Part shown: positions 51,904-61,571 of the stretch, piece by piece
How the letters are laid out: each line of letters starts with the position of its first letter
Position numbering within the stretch: position 1 is the first letter of the stretch
Virus record (IMG/VR): IMGVR_UViG_3300009161_000021
Length of the DNA stretch: 64,000 bases
From: a virus
Taxonomy: Duplodnaviria > Caudoviricetes
Direction: 5' to 3' (one strand)
Notes under the pieces: model-generated
Told to the model about the DNA's origin: nothing
What the model saw: only the letters and a program-made list of their open reading frames with translations
Database searches by the model: none
Program-made: the position numbers and the translations under genes

Positions 51904-52732
51904 CTTTTGCCTCTAATTCTTGCTGTAGTTGCGTTAGCTGCATGAACTTAACGATTCCTGCGTCATCCAACTTCGTGACGTCAGCGCTTTCGACAATTTT
52001 GAAGACGTGATCGATCTTCTCAAGGAGCACCTGACTCTTTGTCGACTCTTTAAGACGTTGCAGTCCCCTGCTCGTCCTTCTTTTTATATTGTCGAGCATA
52101 GAAGCATCAACTTTGCCATGAACATAATCTCGAATCAGCTGATGCTGAACCTCGGTTAACTTTCCAGCCCACTTCTTCTCGAACTTTTCGTTCATGATCT
52201 TTACTGAAAGAGGAGAAACGCGCTCGTTCTTCAGCTCGGTCAGAACAGGCGTCTCTGATTTGTCGGAACCGATCCACTCAAGCAGCTTCTGCTCATACTG
52301 AATGACTCGACCCAGGCTTGCCTCATCGTCCTTGCGCCAATCATTCATCAGAGTCTGAACCGTGGCGTAGAGTCTGTAGTTCTTAACGTGCTGGTTGAAG
52401 AACTTGACATCATCTATCGATTTGTTTATCTCCCTAATCAGCTGTGATTTTTCAATTTCAAGCTGACGCGTTGAGAACATATTCGAGCCACGTTTGGCTT
52501 CCTGCATAATGCGAAGACCAACATTCTCAGATTTCACGGTAGTGTTCAGCAACGCCTGAAACAACCTGTGCTCTTTGAATATCTCGGTCCCGGGCTTGTA
52601 GTACTTCTTAATGATTCTCGAGCATTCCTGGACGGTCTCGAAGTCATTATCGATGAGAGCGGACGATGCTTTTGAGAGCAGCTGCTCGTAGATGATCCCG
52701 ACGTTTCTTTTTTTGTTGTGAGAGTTACTCAT
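51896..52732 (-). CDS. Head-assembly-associated hypothetical protein
   Basis: Lies between portal and protease. The likely start is MSNSHNKKRNVGIIYE at 52732, overlapping the portal stop; the track ORF starts at 52780. Confidence 0.7.
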   Translation of the reverse strand: MSNSHNKKRNVGIIYEQLLSKASSALIDNDFETVQECSRIIKKYYKPGTEIFKEHRLFQALLNTTVKSENVGLRIMQEAKRGSNMFSTRQLEIEKSQLIREINKSIDDVKFFNQHVKNYRLYATVQTLMNDWRKDDEASLGRVIQYEQKLLEWIGSDKSETPVLTELKNERVSPLSVKIMNEKFEKKWAGKLTEVQHQLIRDYVHGKVDASMLDNIKRRTSRGLQRLKESTKSQVLLEKIDHVFKIVESADVTKLDDAGIVKFMQLTQLQQELEAKDE

Positions 52733-54632
52733 CGAAGCTTCCTGATTTGCTGGGTGACTCTGGTGTCTCGAGTAAGACATCCGTACTTTGCTTACGTATT
52801 CTCGAGCGAGCTTGTTTAAGGGCTGAATCTAACTGAGCTGACATTCTCGGCTTCGGGAAGGGAGGATTATCATAGAGCTGCTCGACCAAGCTCAAATTCG
52901 GTCTTGACTCTGTTGCTAGCGAGAAGAGCTCATCTTCATCGAAGACTCTGTTTGAAGTATCCTGATCCCTCGCCCACTTTCCAGTTCCCGCCATCTTGAA
53001 CATATCCGGCATTTCCACGGAAGCTGCGGTCGAGCGGTCACGTTCCTGCTCGACGTCTTTTCCGAAAGCGTTTCTTATCTTCTTCTCCGCGCGAAGTGGA
53101 AGCTCATCATTCTCTATCGACATCACAGCAGGTTTCTCAACACCAGCAGAGACGATCTCACCCTCTCTCTCGTAGCCAGCCGTGATCGGCGCTGCTCCGC
53201 CAGCGCCACCTCCGCCACCGACTCCGCCCTCGCCACCAGGCATCGACTCGAGCTCAGCGTCCTCTTCCTTATCCTTCTTCCTACCCTCTTTCACAGCTTC
53301 GATCTCTTCATCAGAGAACCCAAGTATGTTCTTCCTTACCCAACGTCGATCGACGATTCCCTCAGGAGCTTTTCCAGCAATGTCGAACCTTGATGAAATC
53401 AGCTCAAGCTTTTGCTGCTGAGCTATTGTGGACGGGTTGGAGAGCTTGAGCGTGAAGTTAAGCAGATCCTCACCCTCATACCCATGCGAGTAGAGGTGGA
53501 TCATCGCCATCTTGTTCAGCTCTGAAATGACCACCTTCTGAATCCTTGAGATCGTGCGTGAGAATCGAATGTCTTCCTGCGCGAGAGTTGCCTTCGCTCC
53601 GATCTCCTCATCGTAACCGAGGTAAGCTTTCGGAATTTTCAAAGCTGCGAAAAGCTTCTTCTGTATGTACTGGACGTCCTCGATCGCAGCAGCGTTGCTT
53701 CCGCCCGCCAGCGAATCGATCTTTGTACCTGTCTCGCCACCACGAACGGGAATGAAGTAATCCTCGTCAACAGCGAGCGGATTGTAGCGAAGGTCCATCT
53801 TGCCGTTCGCCTTGTCGGATACTTTATTTCTCTTAAGGCTTGTCTGCGCCTGCTCCATGAAGTTGGCAACCTCTTCTGGAGGAACGTTTCCAACATCGAT
53901 GTAGAATACACGCCGCTCCGGAGCGCGGACGATACGATACACGAGCATCGCATCCTCCATCAGAATCATCTGACGCCAGATTCTACGAGCTGACTCCAGG
54001 ACTGATGATCCGTAAGGAAGGAACGCATCATTACCGAGAAGCCGAAAATGTGAGATCTGCCAGTTCTCCAGGACCTGGTTGCCTCGAGTGATCCAACGAA
54101 AACGAACCGCCATCGGGTCCTTAGGGTCATACCCTTCCTCTCGCTCCATCTCGGAGATAGGGATAGGATAAGCGTTGATGATCCCGTAACCTGGATGAAC
54201 ATCGTTGAAGAGGAAGAAGTCTCCGTACTTACAGAGATTTCGGGTCCACATCGGAAGGTTAAACTCAATGTTCAGAGTATCGGAGAATAGCGTGTCCAGT
54301 AGCTCCTTAACGCGTCTGTTCTCCGAATGAACGTGAAGAACCTGGCTCTTCTCGTCCTGTGAGACAGTCTCTTCCGCGTAAATGTCGAGAGCGGAAGCGA
54401 TCTCAGGAGTAGCCTCCATTTCCGAGAAGTCAGAGTAGCGCGACATACGATCGAAAGCACCATACGCAGCTACCGTGCTTGAGTAGATGTCAGATTGATT
54501 CTTCCTGAACATCTCGTAAGCGGACGAAGCTGTGGGTTCTGAATAGTTCTTCACCTTCCGTCTGATTACGGGGCCCGACCTAAAAAGTTGGGTCAGTCTT
54601 TGGAATAGATCTCTGTTTGTTTTTTCTGCCAT
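52725..54632 (-). CDS. Portal protein (T4 gp20-like)
   Basis: YSDFSEMEATPEIASALDIYAEE, RNLCKYGDFF, MEDAMLVYRIVRAPERRVFYIDVGN, EDYFIPVRG, YIQKKLFAALKIPK, EDIRFSRTI. Confidence 0.95.
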   Translation of the reverse strand: MAEKTNRDLFQRLTQLFRSGPVIRRKVKNYSEPTASSAYEMFRKNQSDIYSSTVAAYGAFDRMSRYSDFSEMEATPEIASALDIYAEETVSQDEKSQVLHVHSENRRVKELLDTLFSDTLNIEFNLPMWTRNLCKYGDFFLFNDVHPGYGIINAYPIPISEMEREEGYDPKDPMAVRFRWITRGNQVLENWQISHFRLLGNDAFLPYGSSVLESARRIWRQMILMEDAMLVYRIVRAPERRVFYIDVGNVPPEEVANFMEQAQTSLKRNKVSDKANGKMDLRYNPLAVDEDYFIPVRGGETGTKIDSLAGGSNAAAIEDVQYIQKKLFAALKIPKAYLGYDEEIGAKATLAQEDIRFSRTISRIQKVVISELNKMAMIHLYSHGYEGEDLLNFTLKLSNPSTIAQQQKLELISSRFDIAGKAPEGIVDRRWVRKNILGFSDEEIEAVKEGRKKDKEEDAELESMPGGEGGVGGGGGAGGAAPITAGYEREGEIVSAGVEKPAVMSIENDELPLRAEKKIRNAFGKDVEQERDRSTAASVEMPDMFKMAGTGKWARDQDTSNRVFDEDELFSLATESRPNLSLVEQLYDNPPFPKPRMSAQLDSALKQARSRIRKQSTDVLLETPESPSKSGSFDE

Positions 54633-54670
54633 CTTGCTCTCAATTCTATTAGATAATTCGCGAACTTAAA

Positions 54671-56266
54671 TTAGCCCCTGATGAGCCACCCAAAATGAGC
54701 GTAAGGGTTGGCATTTCCAACCGCGCTCTTCGGGGCTGCGTCCATCATGATCGGAGACATGGTGTTTCTTGCGTGAGGAACAAACGGCTGCTCGTCATGG
54801 TCGCGTTTGTTGACCGCAAACGCTGAAAGCATCGCTCGAGTCATTTCCTGACTTTGCTTAGAGTAATCGATGTTGGTGTCGTAAAGCCATATCCCGATCG
54901 CGAGAGCCATCACGAGATCATCGTTGTATCCTTTCATCGCTTTTGCAGTCTGCCCGATCCAAGTGAATGTCTTGAGCTCCTCAGACATCCGCGTGGATCT
55001 GATCCTGATCTGCTTGTTTCGAATAACCTCTTCGAGCTTTGTGAGAATCTTTGTTCTATTGGAAGGACCGGTCGTGAATCCGATGTTGGCGATGTCCTCA
55101 GAGCCAGCCGTGGCTCCCATGTACATGTACTTCTTGTCCTTGTAGTACAAGTTTGGATACCCAAGCTCTTTGAGCTTCATGCAGACGGCGTAACCGTAGC
55201 TGTTATTCTCTGGGCAGACAAGGGCTTTTCCGTATCTCAGACCCACCTCGTTAAGAACAACGGCAAATTGGTCTGGTGGAACCTTGCCCTTGAACTCGCA
55301 AACCTGCTCGCCTGCCGTTGTGTCGATGACGTGAAAGCTTGAGTAGTCTGCTCCGTCTCCTCGAGCGACGTCCGCAGAGACAATGTACTTGTGATCCGGC
55401 AGGAAGTAACGCCAGACCCACACTCCCATCTCTGGACCCCATCTTTCGATGGGAGTTTGCGTATGCGAGATGATGTACTCCAGATCGTTCGCATTGAGAA
55501 ACGTATCACCTGAGGCTGCGAAGTCGCAAAGAAGCTCCTGCGCAACCTGCTTGCGGGTCATATTCTTCGACTCGTTGTCGAACCATACTTGATCACGCTC
55601 TGGATGGACGTCCCAGGGAAGCTTAATCGCGTTGAACTCGTTTAGACCGGCCTCTCCCTCAACGTAGAGCTTGTGATACTGGCCGCCGACACCGTTAGGA
55701 GTGGAGAGAACGATAGCACGACCACCTGTTGACAGGGTCGGATACAGACCGGTCCAGAGCTCATCGAAGTTTCCAATGAATGCAGCTTCGTCAACGATAA
55801 GGAGAGTAAGAGCTTCTGATCGACCTGCGTCGTCCGACGTTGGAATCGCTTTAACGGACGATCCGTTGCTGAATTCGACGACTTGCTTCGTGTCCGACTT
55901 CACTGTCGGCATAATCAACCAAGACGGAAGATTCTGAAGCATGACCTTCACCTTCTTGATGAAGTTCTGAGCGACAGCAAGCTTCGTGGCAATGATTAGA
56001 ATTGCCTTGTCTTTGTAAAAGAGCGCGAGCCAGAGAGCGTAAGCGGCTGCGAGAGTCGAGATTCCTAGCTGTCTCGATTTGAGAATGACGTTGAACCTGT
56101 GCTCCTCGAATTGAGTCAAGCAGTCATCTTGGAATTTGTACGTGTCAAATCCCACAAGGCCTCGGGTTGGGTGCTGAATTTTCACGTACTTGTTGATGAA
56201 GTACGATGAATTCTTACCACAAGCGACAATCTCGGCGATCTGCTTTTCTTTCGAGAGCACAGCCAT
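54671..56266 (-). CDS. Terminase large subunit (T4 gp17-like)
   Basis: Walker A LKSRQLGIS, Walker B LIVDEAAF, LSTPNG, nuclease domain SADVARGDGADYS and DDLVMALAI. Confidence 0.95.
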   Translation of the reverse strand: MAVLSKEKQIAEIVACGKNSSYFINKYVKIQHPTRGLVGFDTYKFQDDCLTQFEEHRFNVILKSRQLGISTLAAAYALWLALFYKDKAILIIATKLAVAQNFIKKVKVMLQNLPSWLIMPTVKSDTKQVVEFSNGSSVKAIPTSDDAGRSEALTLLIVDEAAFIGNFDELWTGLYPTLSTGGRAIVLSTPNGVGGQYHKLYVEGEAGLNEFNAIKLPWDVHPERDQVWFDNESKNMTRKQVAQELLCDFAASGDTFLNANDLEYIISHTQTPIERWGPEMGVWVWRYFLPDHKYIVSADVARGDGADYSSFHVIDTTAGEQVCEFKGKVPPDQFAVVLNEVGLRYGKALVCPENNSYGYAVCMKLKELGYPNLYYKDKKYMYMGATAGSEDIANIGFTTGPSNRTKILTKLEEVIRNKQIRIRSTRMSEELKTFTWIGQTAKAMKGYNDDLVMALAIGIWLYDTNIDYSKQSQEMTRAMLSAFAVNKRDHDEQPFVPHARNTMSPIMMDAAPKSAVGNANPYAHFGWLIRG

Positions 56267-56267
56267 G

Positions 56268-56639
56268 TCACATCACCTGAAGCGTGACCTGTCTCCTGTA
56301 ATAGGCAACGCGGCGCGGTGATAGATTCGTAGCTGCGATAACTTCGATAGAGTCGGTGTTCGAAGCCTCTTTAAGCTTCAAAGTCTTTCCAGTCGCTTCC
56401 TTAAACTTCGCCTTTGTGTCCGCAACACACTTTGTGATAATGTCGATCGATTCGTACTTGATCCTGTCGACCTGCGCACGAAGAGCTTGATCAGCGGCAA
56501 AGTGAACTACCGTGAGAAACTTAAAAGTTATGGTCTCACCGTTGGTGGAGCATGTAACAGAGTTCGGCATGGACGAAACGCCCCATCCCTTCTGGGTTAT
56601 ATGCCCCAACGCGTTGAGTTCTTGTGTTGATAAGTGCAT
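56268..56639 (-). CDS. Hypothetical protein
   Basis: 123 aa; GGGAGAG SD and ATATTTA motif upstream; abuts the terminase gene. Confidence 0.65.
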   Translation of the reverse strand: MHLSTQELNALGHITQKGWGVSSMPNSVTCSTNGETITFKFLTVVHFAADQALRAQVDRIKYESIDIITKCVADTKAKFKEATGKTLKLKEASNTDSIEVIAATNLSPRRVAYYRRQVTLQVM

Positions 56640-56658
56640 GTCTTATATCTCTCCCAAC

Positions 56659-56940
56659 TTAAATATGCCTTCTCGAGTGAGGCGATGAGAGTCTCTTAGA
56701 TATGATCTCATTAAGGCTCTCTGGTCCTGGTCTCCAGCCCTCCATCCACCTTGACCTGTTGGGATCAGCGACTTCATTTTCACAGTCAAAGCAGCAGCCC
56801 GTCCTCATGATAGAAATCGTGTCAAGTTCATCTATCGCGACGCTTCGACAAAGTGGGCAATCGATGGGTGATGGATTCACCTTGATATCGCCTCGCTTGA
56901 CGATCCTGTACCCGTTCTTCTCTTTCACTTCATTTCTCAT
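56659..56940 (-). CDS. Small cysteine-containing hypothetical protein
   Basis: 93 aa; CPLC...GCCFDCE..WMEGWRP. Confidence 0.6.
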   Translation of the reverse strand: MRNEVKEKNGYRIVKRGDIKVNPSPIDCPLCRSVAIDELDTISIMRTGCCFDCENEVADPNRSRWMEGWRPGPESLNEIISKRLSSPHSRRHI

Positions 56941-59900
56941 CAGTACCTCACATTCGCATCGATCCCATCATGAGAGATCTCGATGACATTATCAACAATA
57001 TCCTTGATGCTGTCAACGTGCGAGATCACAAGCATGTTCTTAAAGTTACGCTTGAGTGAAGTGAGGAGGCGGGCACACGATTCCAGATTGGTATCGTCCA
57101 GAGCTCCGAACCCCTCATCAATAATGAAAAGGTCGGGCTTTGGGATCGCAGACACTTCGATCAGAGCTGTCCTGATCGCCAGGGACGAGATCATCTTCTC
57201 CATACCGGATGAGAGCTCGATGGGACGCTTGGAATCCCCATAGTCGATAAAGATCTCGAGGTCTCCATCCTCCTCGTTCGCGAGCAGCTCAACATTGAAG
57301 TTTGCAACGCCGGTCAGGACCTTGGCAATCTCGTTGTTGATCCTGGGGAGCTGAGACGCGATAATCTGCAGCGGAATGCCATCCTTACCAGTTGCAGCGA
57401 GTATCGTCTCAAAAACCTTCCAGTCAGCCTGAAGCTTATCGATTCTCTCGATATCCTGCTTGAGCCGGGAGATCTCAGCTCCGATCGCTCCGATCCACTG
57501 GTTGTCCTTTAGGATCTTCTTCGAAATCTCCTGAGACTTCCGCTCCTGCTCGTCAACCTCGAGCTGCATCTTCTTGACCTCCTCGAGCGCGGAGACTGAG
57601 ATTGCTGCACGAATCTCCTGTAACAATTTGTTCACTCTCTGAAATTCTTTCTCAAGAGACTCTCCGAGAGACTCCAAACTCTTCGCCTTACCCTCGTGAG
57701 CAGTGAGCGAGGTTCGAGCTGCAGGGAGTTTCGATTCGATCGAGACAAACTTCTCGTAACGTGATTTCATCTCGTTCAAACTGCTTGGATCAAAGCTCTG
57801 CTTCAGCTCATCGATTAACGCTGTAATCTCGTCTAGGGAAGCTCGATGCTTCGGGATCAGAAGACGATCAGCGTGAGAGTCCTTGATGTACTTGCAAGTT
57901 GGGAACTTGTCGCCGCATGGAACATCGGAGAGTTTCGTGACAGACCTCTCCAGGCGTTGGAGAGTCTCACTCTCGAGCTTAAGCTTCGTCTGCGCGTCAT
58001 TTATCTTGGTCGAAATTCTCTCAGTACGCTCGATATCTGCTTTGAGAGCAGCGATGTCAACTGTTGCGAGCACGCCCTCGGTCTTCTCGATCTTCGCCCT
58101 GAGCTCATCGCGCTCGGCAATAGATCTTTCAAGCTCATCACGATTCTTCTTGATCTTGAGGTGGAGATCGATGATCTCCTCGTCGTACTTCTTGATGTCA
58201 TCTAAGGTGTGAGAAGATCCCGGCGACTCTCGCTCGAGGATAGCGCGAATCTTCTTGACGTGGGATTCGATGGAGCTCTTCTCGCGTTCGAGAACTGCTA
58301 TGTCATCATGAAGAGCTTCCTCCTCCTTCTGCTTCGCCTCGATCGCAGCCTTAAGATCGAGAGCAGGAGTCCTACGAAGCTCGGACTTTATCGAGCTCGA
58401 GCTTTCCTTTGCAAGGGTGTTCAGGGAATCGAACACCTGGAGATTCAGGAACTTGGAGAGGATATTCTTTCTTGCGGTGGCACGCTCCTTGAGGAAAGCG
58501 TTCATCTCGCCCTGAGCCGCGAAGGAGGTCAGAAGGAAGTCATCCGAGGTGCCGATGAGCGATCGAAGCGCCTTGTCGGAATCCTTACGCTGCTCTCCAG
58601 AAATGTCCTCAACTGGATTACCCTCATGATCGAGTCTGAAAAGATTTAGGTGAGTGATCGCGTGATTTAGACCCGCCTTCGTCTGATGCTTCACCGACTG
58701 GCGTTCAGAGAGGTAAGTGTCAGCCCCAGCTTGGAACTCGACCGAAGCCTTGCAGTAATCCTTCCGTGTGTTGATGATGTGGAGATTCTTGATCGGTCCA
58801 CGGTCAGTTGTGTTGAACAGCGAGTACATGATCGTACCGGGAATGGAAGACTTCCCTTGCGCATTTCGACCGAAGATTCCGGTGATTCCGCTGAGATTCT
58901 CGAAATCAATCTCGTTGTCCTTACCATATGAATAGGTGTTATCCCACTTCAACTTCTTAATGGACCACTTGACGCTTCCGAGACGTTCATCCTCTGGTAA
59001 GGAGTCGATAAGTTTCGAAACTGCCACGTCAAGCTTCACCAGCGAGTCACCTTCCAAACCCTTCGACTCAGCATAACTCTTAAAGAGACCCTTTATTGTA
59101 GAGGGATCGCGAAGGTTCTCCCGGGAGAGGGTGGTCGATCCTGCTCGCATCTCCTCCTTCGACTGCTCACCCACGAACTTCCAGACGACTTCGGAGGCAG
59201 TCCTCTTCTTCTTGAGTTCCCCAGCGAGCTGACGAGACTCAGAGATAGTGATGTTCTCATCGTTCAGGATCCTGAACCGGGAACCAGTCGGAAGCTTCTC
59301 GCAAACCTCCATCGTGGAGGAAACATCGCCCTGCCACTCGACGGTATGAAAAGGACGAGGATTCTTGAGCTTGACGAAGTTGACCCGGTACTCATCCCGG
59401 TTCTTGATCTGCCAGAAAAGGAATCCCTTCTCAGTTTCCTCACCGTAGTTCTGCTGGACGGTCGAACCGGGATACGCAATTCGAGTGTCTCCATCCAGGA
59501 ACTGGCGACGATGGATGTCGCCGAGGAGTGAGAAGTCGTACGGCCGGAACATGTCAACCGTCACCTCACCTTCGATCGGCATGCCAGTGTCCAGAAGTGA
59601 GCCACCAACAGCGCCATGATAGAGGGCGATGTTGAGCAGATCGGGATTGGGACTGCATTTGCTCCACCCCTCCTCGTCGAAGCACGAGAAATTGGCGAAG
59701 TTTACCCCGTTGATCTCATAACTTCCAGAGTCCTTCAGGAAATGGATGTTATGATGGTTGAGCGCCGCGATGATCGGGGAGATCGCATCGAGACGTGACT
59801 TATTATGGATGAGACCGTCATGGTTTCCAAGGATAACGACCGTCGGCCAGTTCGATAACTTTTGGAACCACCAGCGAAGACGATCGACAAGCTCGGGCGT

Positions 59901-60062
59901 GATGCCCTGAGTCTTGGAGTGGACAATGTCGCCACCCACGACGATCATATCCGGACAGAGATCATCTAGCTTCTTGAAGAAATCCTCGAAAACTTCGGTG
60001 TACTCATCATGACGCTGGAGACCACGCCAATGGATGTCTGCGATATGTGCGATCTTGATCAA
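56940..60062 (-). CDS. SbcD-SbcC (Mre11-Rad50, gp47-gp46-like) fusion nuclease/ATPase
   Basis: N-terminal metallophosphoesterase (HIADIH, GGDIVH, ILGNHD, LYHG, LGDIH). ABC ATPase Walker A GRNAQGKSS, coiled coil with PCGDKFPTC hook, signature LSSGMEK, Walker B FIIDEGFGALD, ISH. Confidence 0.92.
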   Translation of the reverse strand: MIKIAHIADIHWRGLQRHDEYTEVFEDFFKKLDDLCPDMIVVGGDIVHSKTQGITPELVDRLRWWFQKLSNWPTVVILGNHDGLIHNKSRLDAISPIIAALNHHNIHFLKDSGSYEINGVNFANFSCFDEEGWSKCSPNPDLLNIALYHGAVGGSLLDTGMPIEGEVTVDMFRPYDFSLLGDIHRRQFLDGDTRIAYPGSTVQQNYGEETEKGFLFWQIKNRDEYRVNFVKLKNPRPFHTVEWQGDVSSTMEVCEKLPTGSRFRILNDENITISESRQLAGELKKKRTASEVVWKFVGEQSKEEMRAGSTTLSRENLRDPSTIKGLFKSYAESKGLEGDSLVKLDVAVSKLIDSLPEDERLGSVKWSIKKLKWDNTYSYGKDNEIDFENLSGITGIFGRNAQGKSSIPGTIMYSLFNTTDRGPIKNLHIINTRKDYCKASVEFQAGADTYLSERQSVKHQTKAGLNHAITHLNLFRLDHEGNPVEDISGEQRKDSDKALRSLIGTSDDFLLTSFAAQGEMNAFLKERATARKNILSKFLNLQVFDSLNTLAKESSSSIKSELRRTPALDLKAAIEAKQKEEEALHDDIAVLEREKSSIESHVKKIRAILERESPGSSHTLDDIKKYDEEIIDLHLKIKKNRDELERSIAERDELRAKIEKTEGVLATVDIAALKADIERTERISTKINDAQTKLKLESETLQRLERSVTKLSDVPCGDKFPTCKYIKDSHADRLLIPKHRASLDEITALIDELKQSFDPSSLNEMKSRYEKFVSIESKLPAARTSLTAHEGKAKSLESLGESLEKEFQRVNKLLQEIRAAISVSALEEVKKMQLEVDEQERKSQEISKKILKDNQWIGAIGAEISRLKQDIERIDKLQADWKVFETILAATGKDGIPLQIIASQLPRINNEIAKVLTGVANFNVELLANEEDGDLEIFIDYGDSKRPIELSSGMEKMISSLAIRTALIEVSAIPKPDLFIIDEGFGALDDTNLESCARLLTSLKRNFKNMLVISHVDSIKDIVDNVIEISHDGIDANVRY

Positions 60063-61015
60063 AGGATGCTCCCGCTTCTCATGATTCTTGAGAGGTTAAT
60101 AATACCCTGAAACTTGTCCCAGTTTCGAGCTTTTGACTTCGCTTCCAGAAATTCCTGCTTGCTCATCTCACCGACGTCTTTTCGGTCGCCAAGATCGAGC
60201 ACCTTGACGGAGACGTCGAATTCGGAAAGAGCTTTTGCCCATTTGTGCTGCTTCTCCGGCATGTCACTGTCAAGCGCGAGAATGACCGGTGTTCGATTCC
60301 TCGTGATAGCCTGAAACAGTGCTGACTTTCTTGACATGTTAGACCCGAGGATCGCAGTAGCATTGCTATCGCACTTCGTCAGGTCGAACGGACCTTCGAC
60401 AAGAGTCAGCTCCTGGCGCCAATCTATGTTGAGCTCATTGAAAATGAACTCTCCACGAGGAACCGGAGGATTCACGTACTTTCCGACCGACTTGTCATCT
60501 ATCGCTCGTGCCGTCCAGTAATTGATCTTACCGTCGGAATCGAACGACGGCATGATGACCCGTCGAGACAGACGACCACGCTTGACGTAGCCAAGACGAA
60601 AGTACCACATCTCTCGAAGACCCAACCCACGATCGCGAACGTACTCAAGGCAAGCTCGAGTATCAGGGTCATGTGATTCGAGTGATTCAGCAAGAAGCCT
60701 GAAGCCATATGGAAGCTCGACCTTCGGTGCTTCCACCACCTCGTCGAGGAACCGGCGCTGGTGTGATCCAGTAACCCCCTCCCACCTCGCGGCCGCCTCG
60801 GATGATATTCTCCTCAGGATCTTAGCCACCGAGGCTCCGCGGGCATCGCAGACCCAGCAGTGATACTGTCCAGTATCGATGCGAACAACGAGTTTCTGCT
60901 TCTTCGAGTCCTTGCACTCGGGACAGCGGAATGCTACGTTAATTCCCTTTCGATCTACTGCCCCGACGCCGAGTGCTCGGCTTAGGATCTCGATTCTTTC
61001 TTTGGTGTCTATCAC
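60059..61015 (-). CDS. DnaG-like DNA primase (zinc finger plus TOPRIM)
   Basis: CPEC...HCWVC; RRVIMPS; LVEGPFD; LALDSD. Confidence 0.85.
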   Translation of the reverse strand: MIDTKERIEILSRALGVGAVDRKGINVAFRCPECKDSKKQKLVVRIDTGQYHCWVCDARGASVAKILRRISSEAAARWEGVTGSHQRRFLDEVVEAPKVELPYGFRLLAESLESHDPDTRACLEYVRDRGLGLREMWYFRLGYVKRGRLSRRVIMPSFDSDGKINYWTARAIDDKSVGKYVNPPVPRGEFIFNELNIDWRQELTLVEGPFDLTKCDSNATAILGSNMSRKSALFQAITRNRTPVILALDSDMPEKQHKWAKALSEFDVSVKVLDLGDRKDVGEMSKQEFLEAKSKARNWDKFQGIINLSRIMRSGSIL

Positions 61016-61571
61016 AACTAATACTAGGCTGATCGTTTCGATTTAACAAGTAAGCAGCTCGAGCCATCACGTAGGCGTCAGCTGCATCGTTGACTCCCTT
61101 GTCGTAGACTGTCTCCCCCTTCTTCTTCCCAGCTTTGACGGTCCGTTTCGGAAGCTCTTTGCCCGTCACAACCTCAACCCACTCCATGATCTGGTCTTTC
61201 GTGTCGCGATCCTTGCTGATCGTGATCCCGAGCCCCTTTCTCGCGACCGATGAGTTGAAGAAAGTTGGATCACGACCGAAGACAACGAACGACTGCCACG
61301 AGACCATTCCGTTGAATCTTCCGAGGGTGAGCAGAGTAGAGGCTGAGCTCAGCCCTCGACGAAATCCCTGAAGTGGTTCCTCTATCGAAACAGTGGATAT
61401 TTCTGGAAAGCGGGCACGAAGCTCGAGCAATCCTCGATTGACCGCGTCAGCTTTGCTAAAGAGGCCCTCGAGCTTGTCAAGCGCGAAGCTGCCCATCTCT
61501 ATCAGAGAGCCCTGAGAGTCAAGGACTGCCCAACCAGTTGAGCTTGTGGAAACGTCGAGCCCCAGAATCAT
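60939..61571 (-). CDS. RuvC-like Holliday junction resolvase
   Basis: ILGLDVSTSSTGW, SIEEP and DAADAYVMA acidic catalytic residues. Confidence 0.85.
   Translation of the reverse strand: MILGLDVSTSSTGWAVLDSQGSLIEMGSFALDKLEGLFSKADAVNRGLLELRARFPEISTVSIEEPLQGFRRGLSSASTLLTLGRFNGMVSWQSFVVFGRDPTFFNSSVARKGLGITISKDRDTKDQIMEWVEVVTGKELPKRTVKAGKKKGETVYDKGVNDAADAYVMARAAYLLNRNDQPSISCDRHQRKNRDPKPSTRRRGSRSKGN

Noticed and set aside
52708-52714. A7 run (HNKKRN) near the start of the head-assembly gene as a frameshift site
   Set aside because: Not in a canonical slippery frame, explained by Lys-Lys-Arg codons, and no meaningful alternative-frame product.
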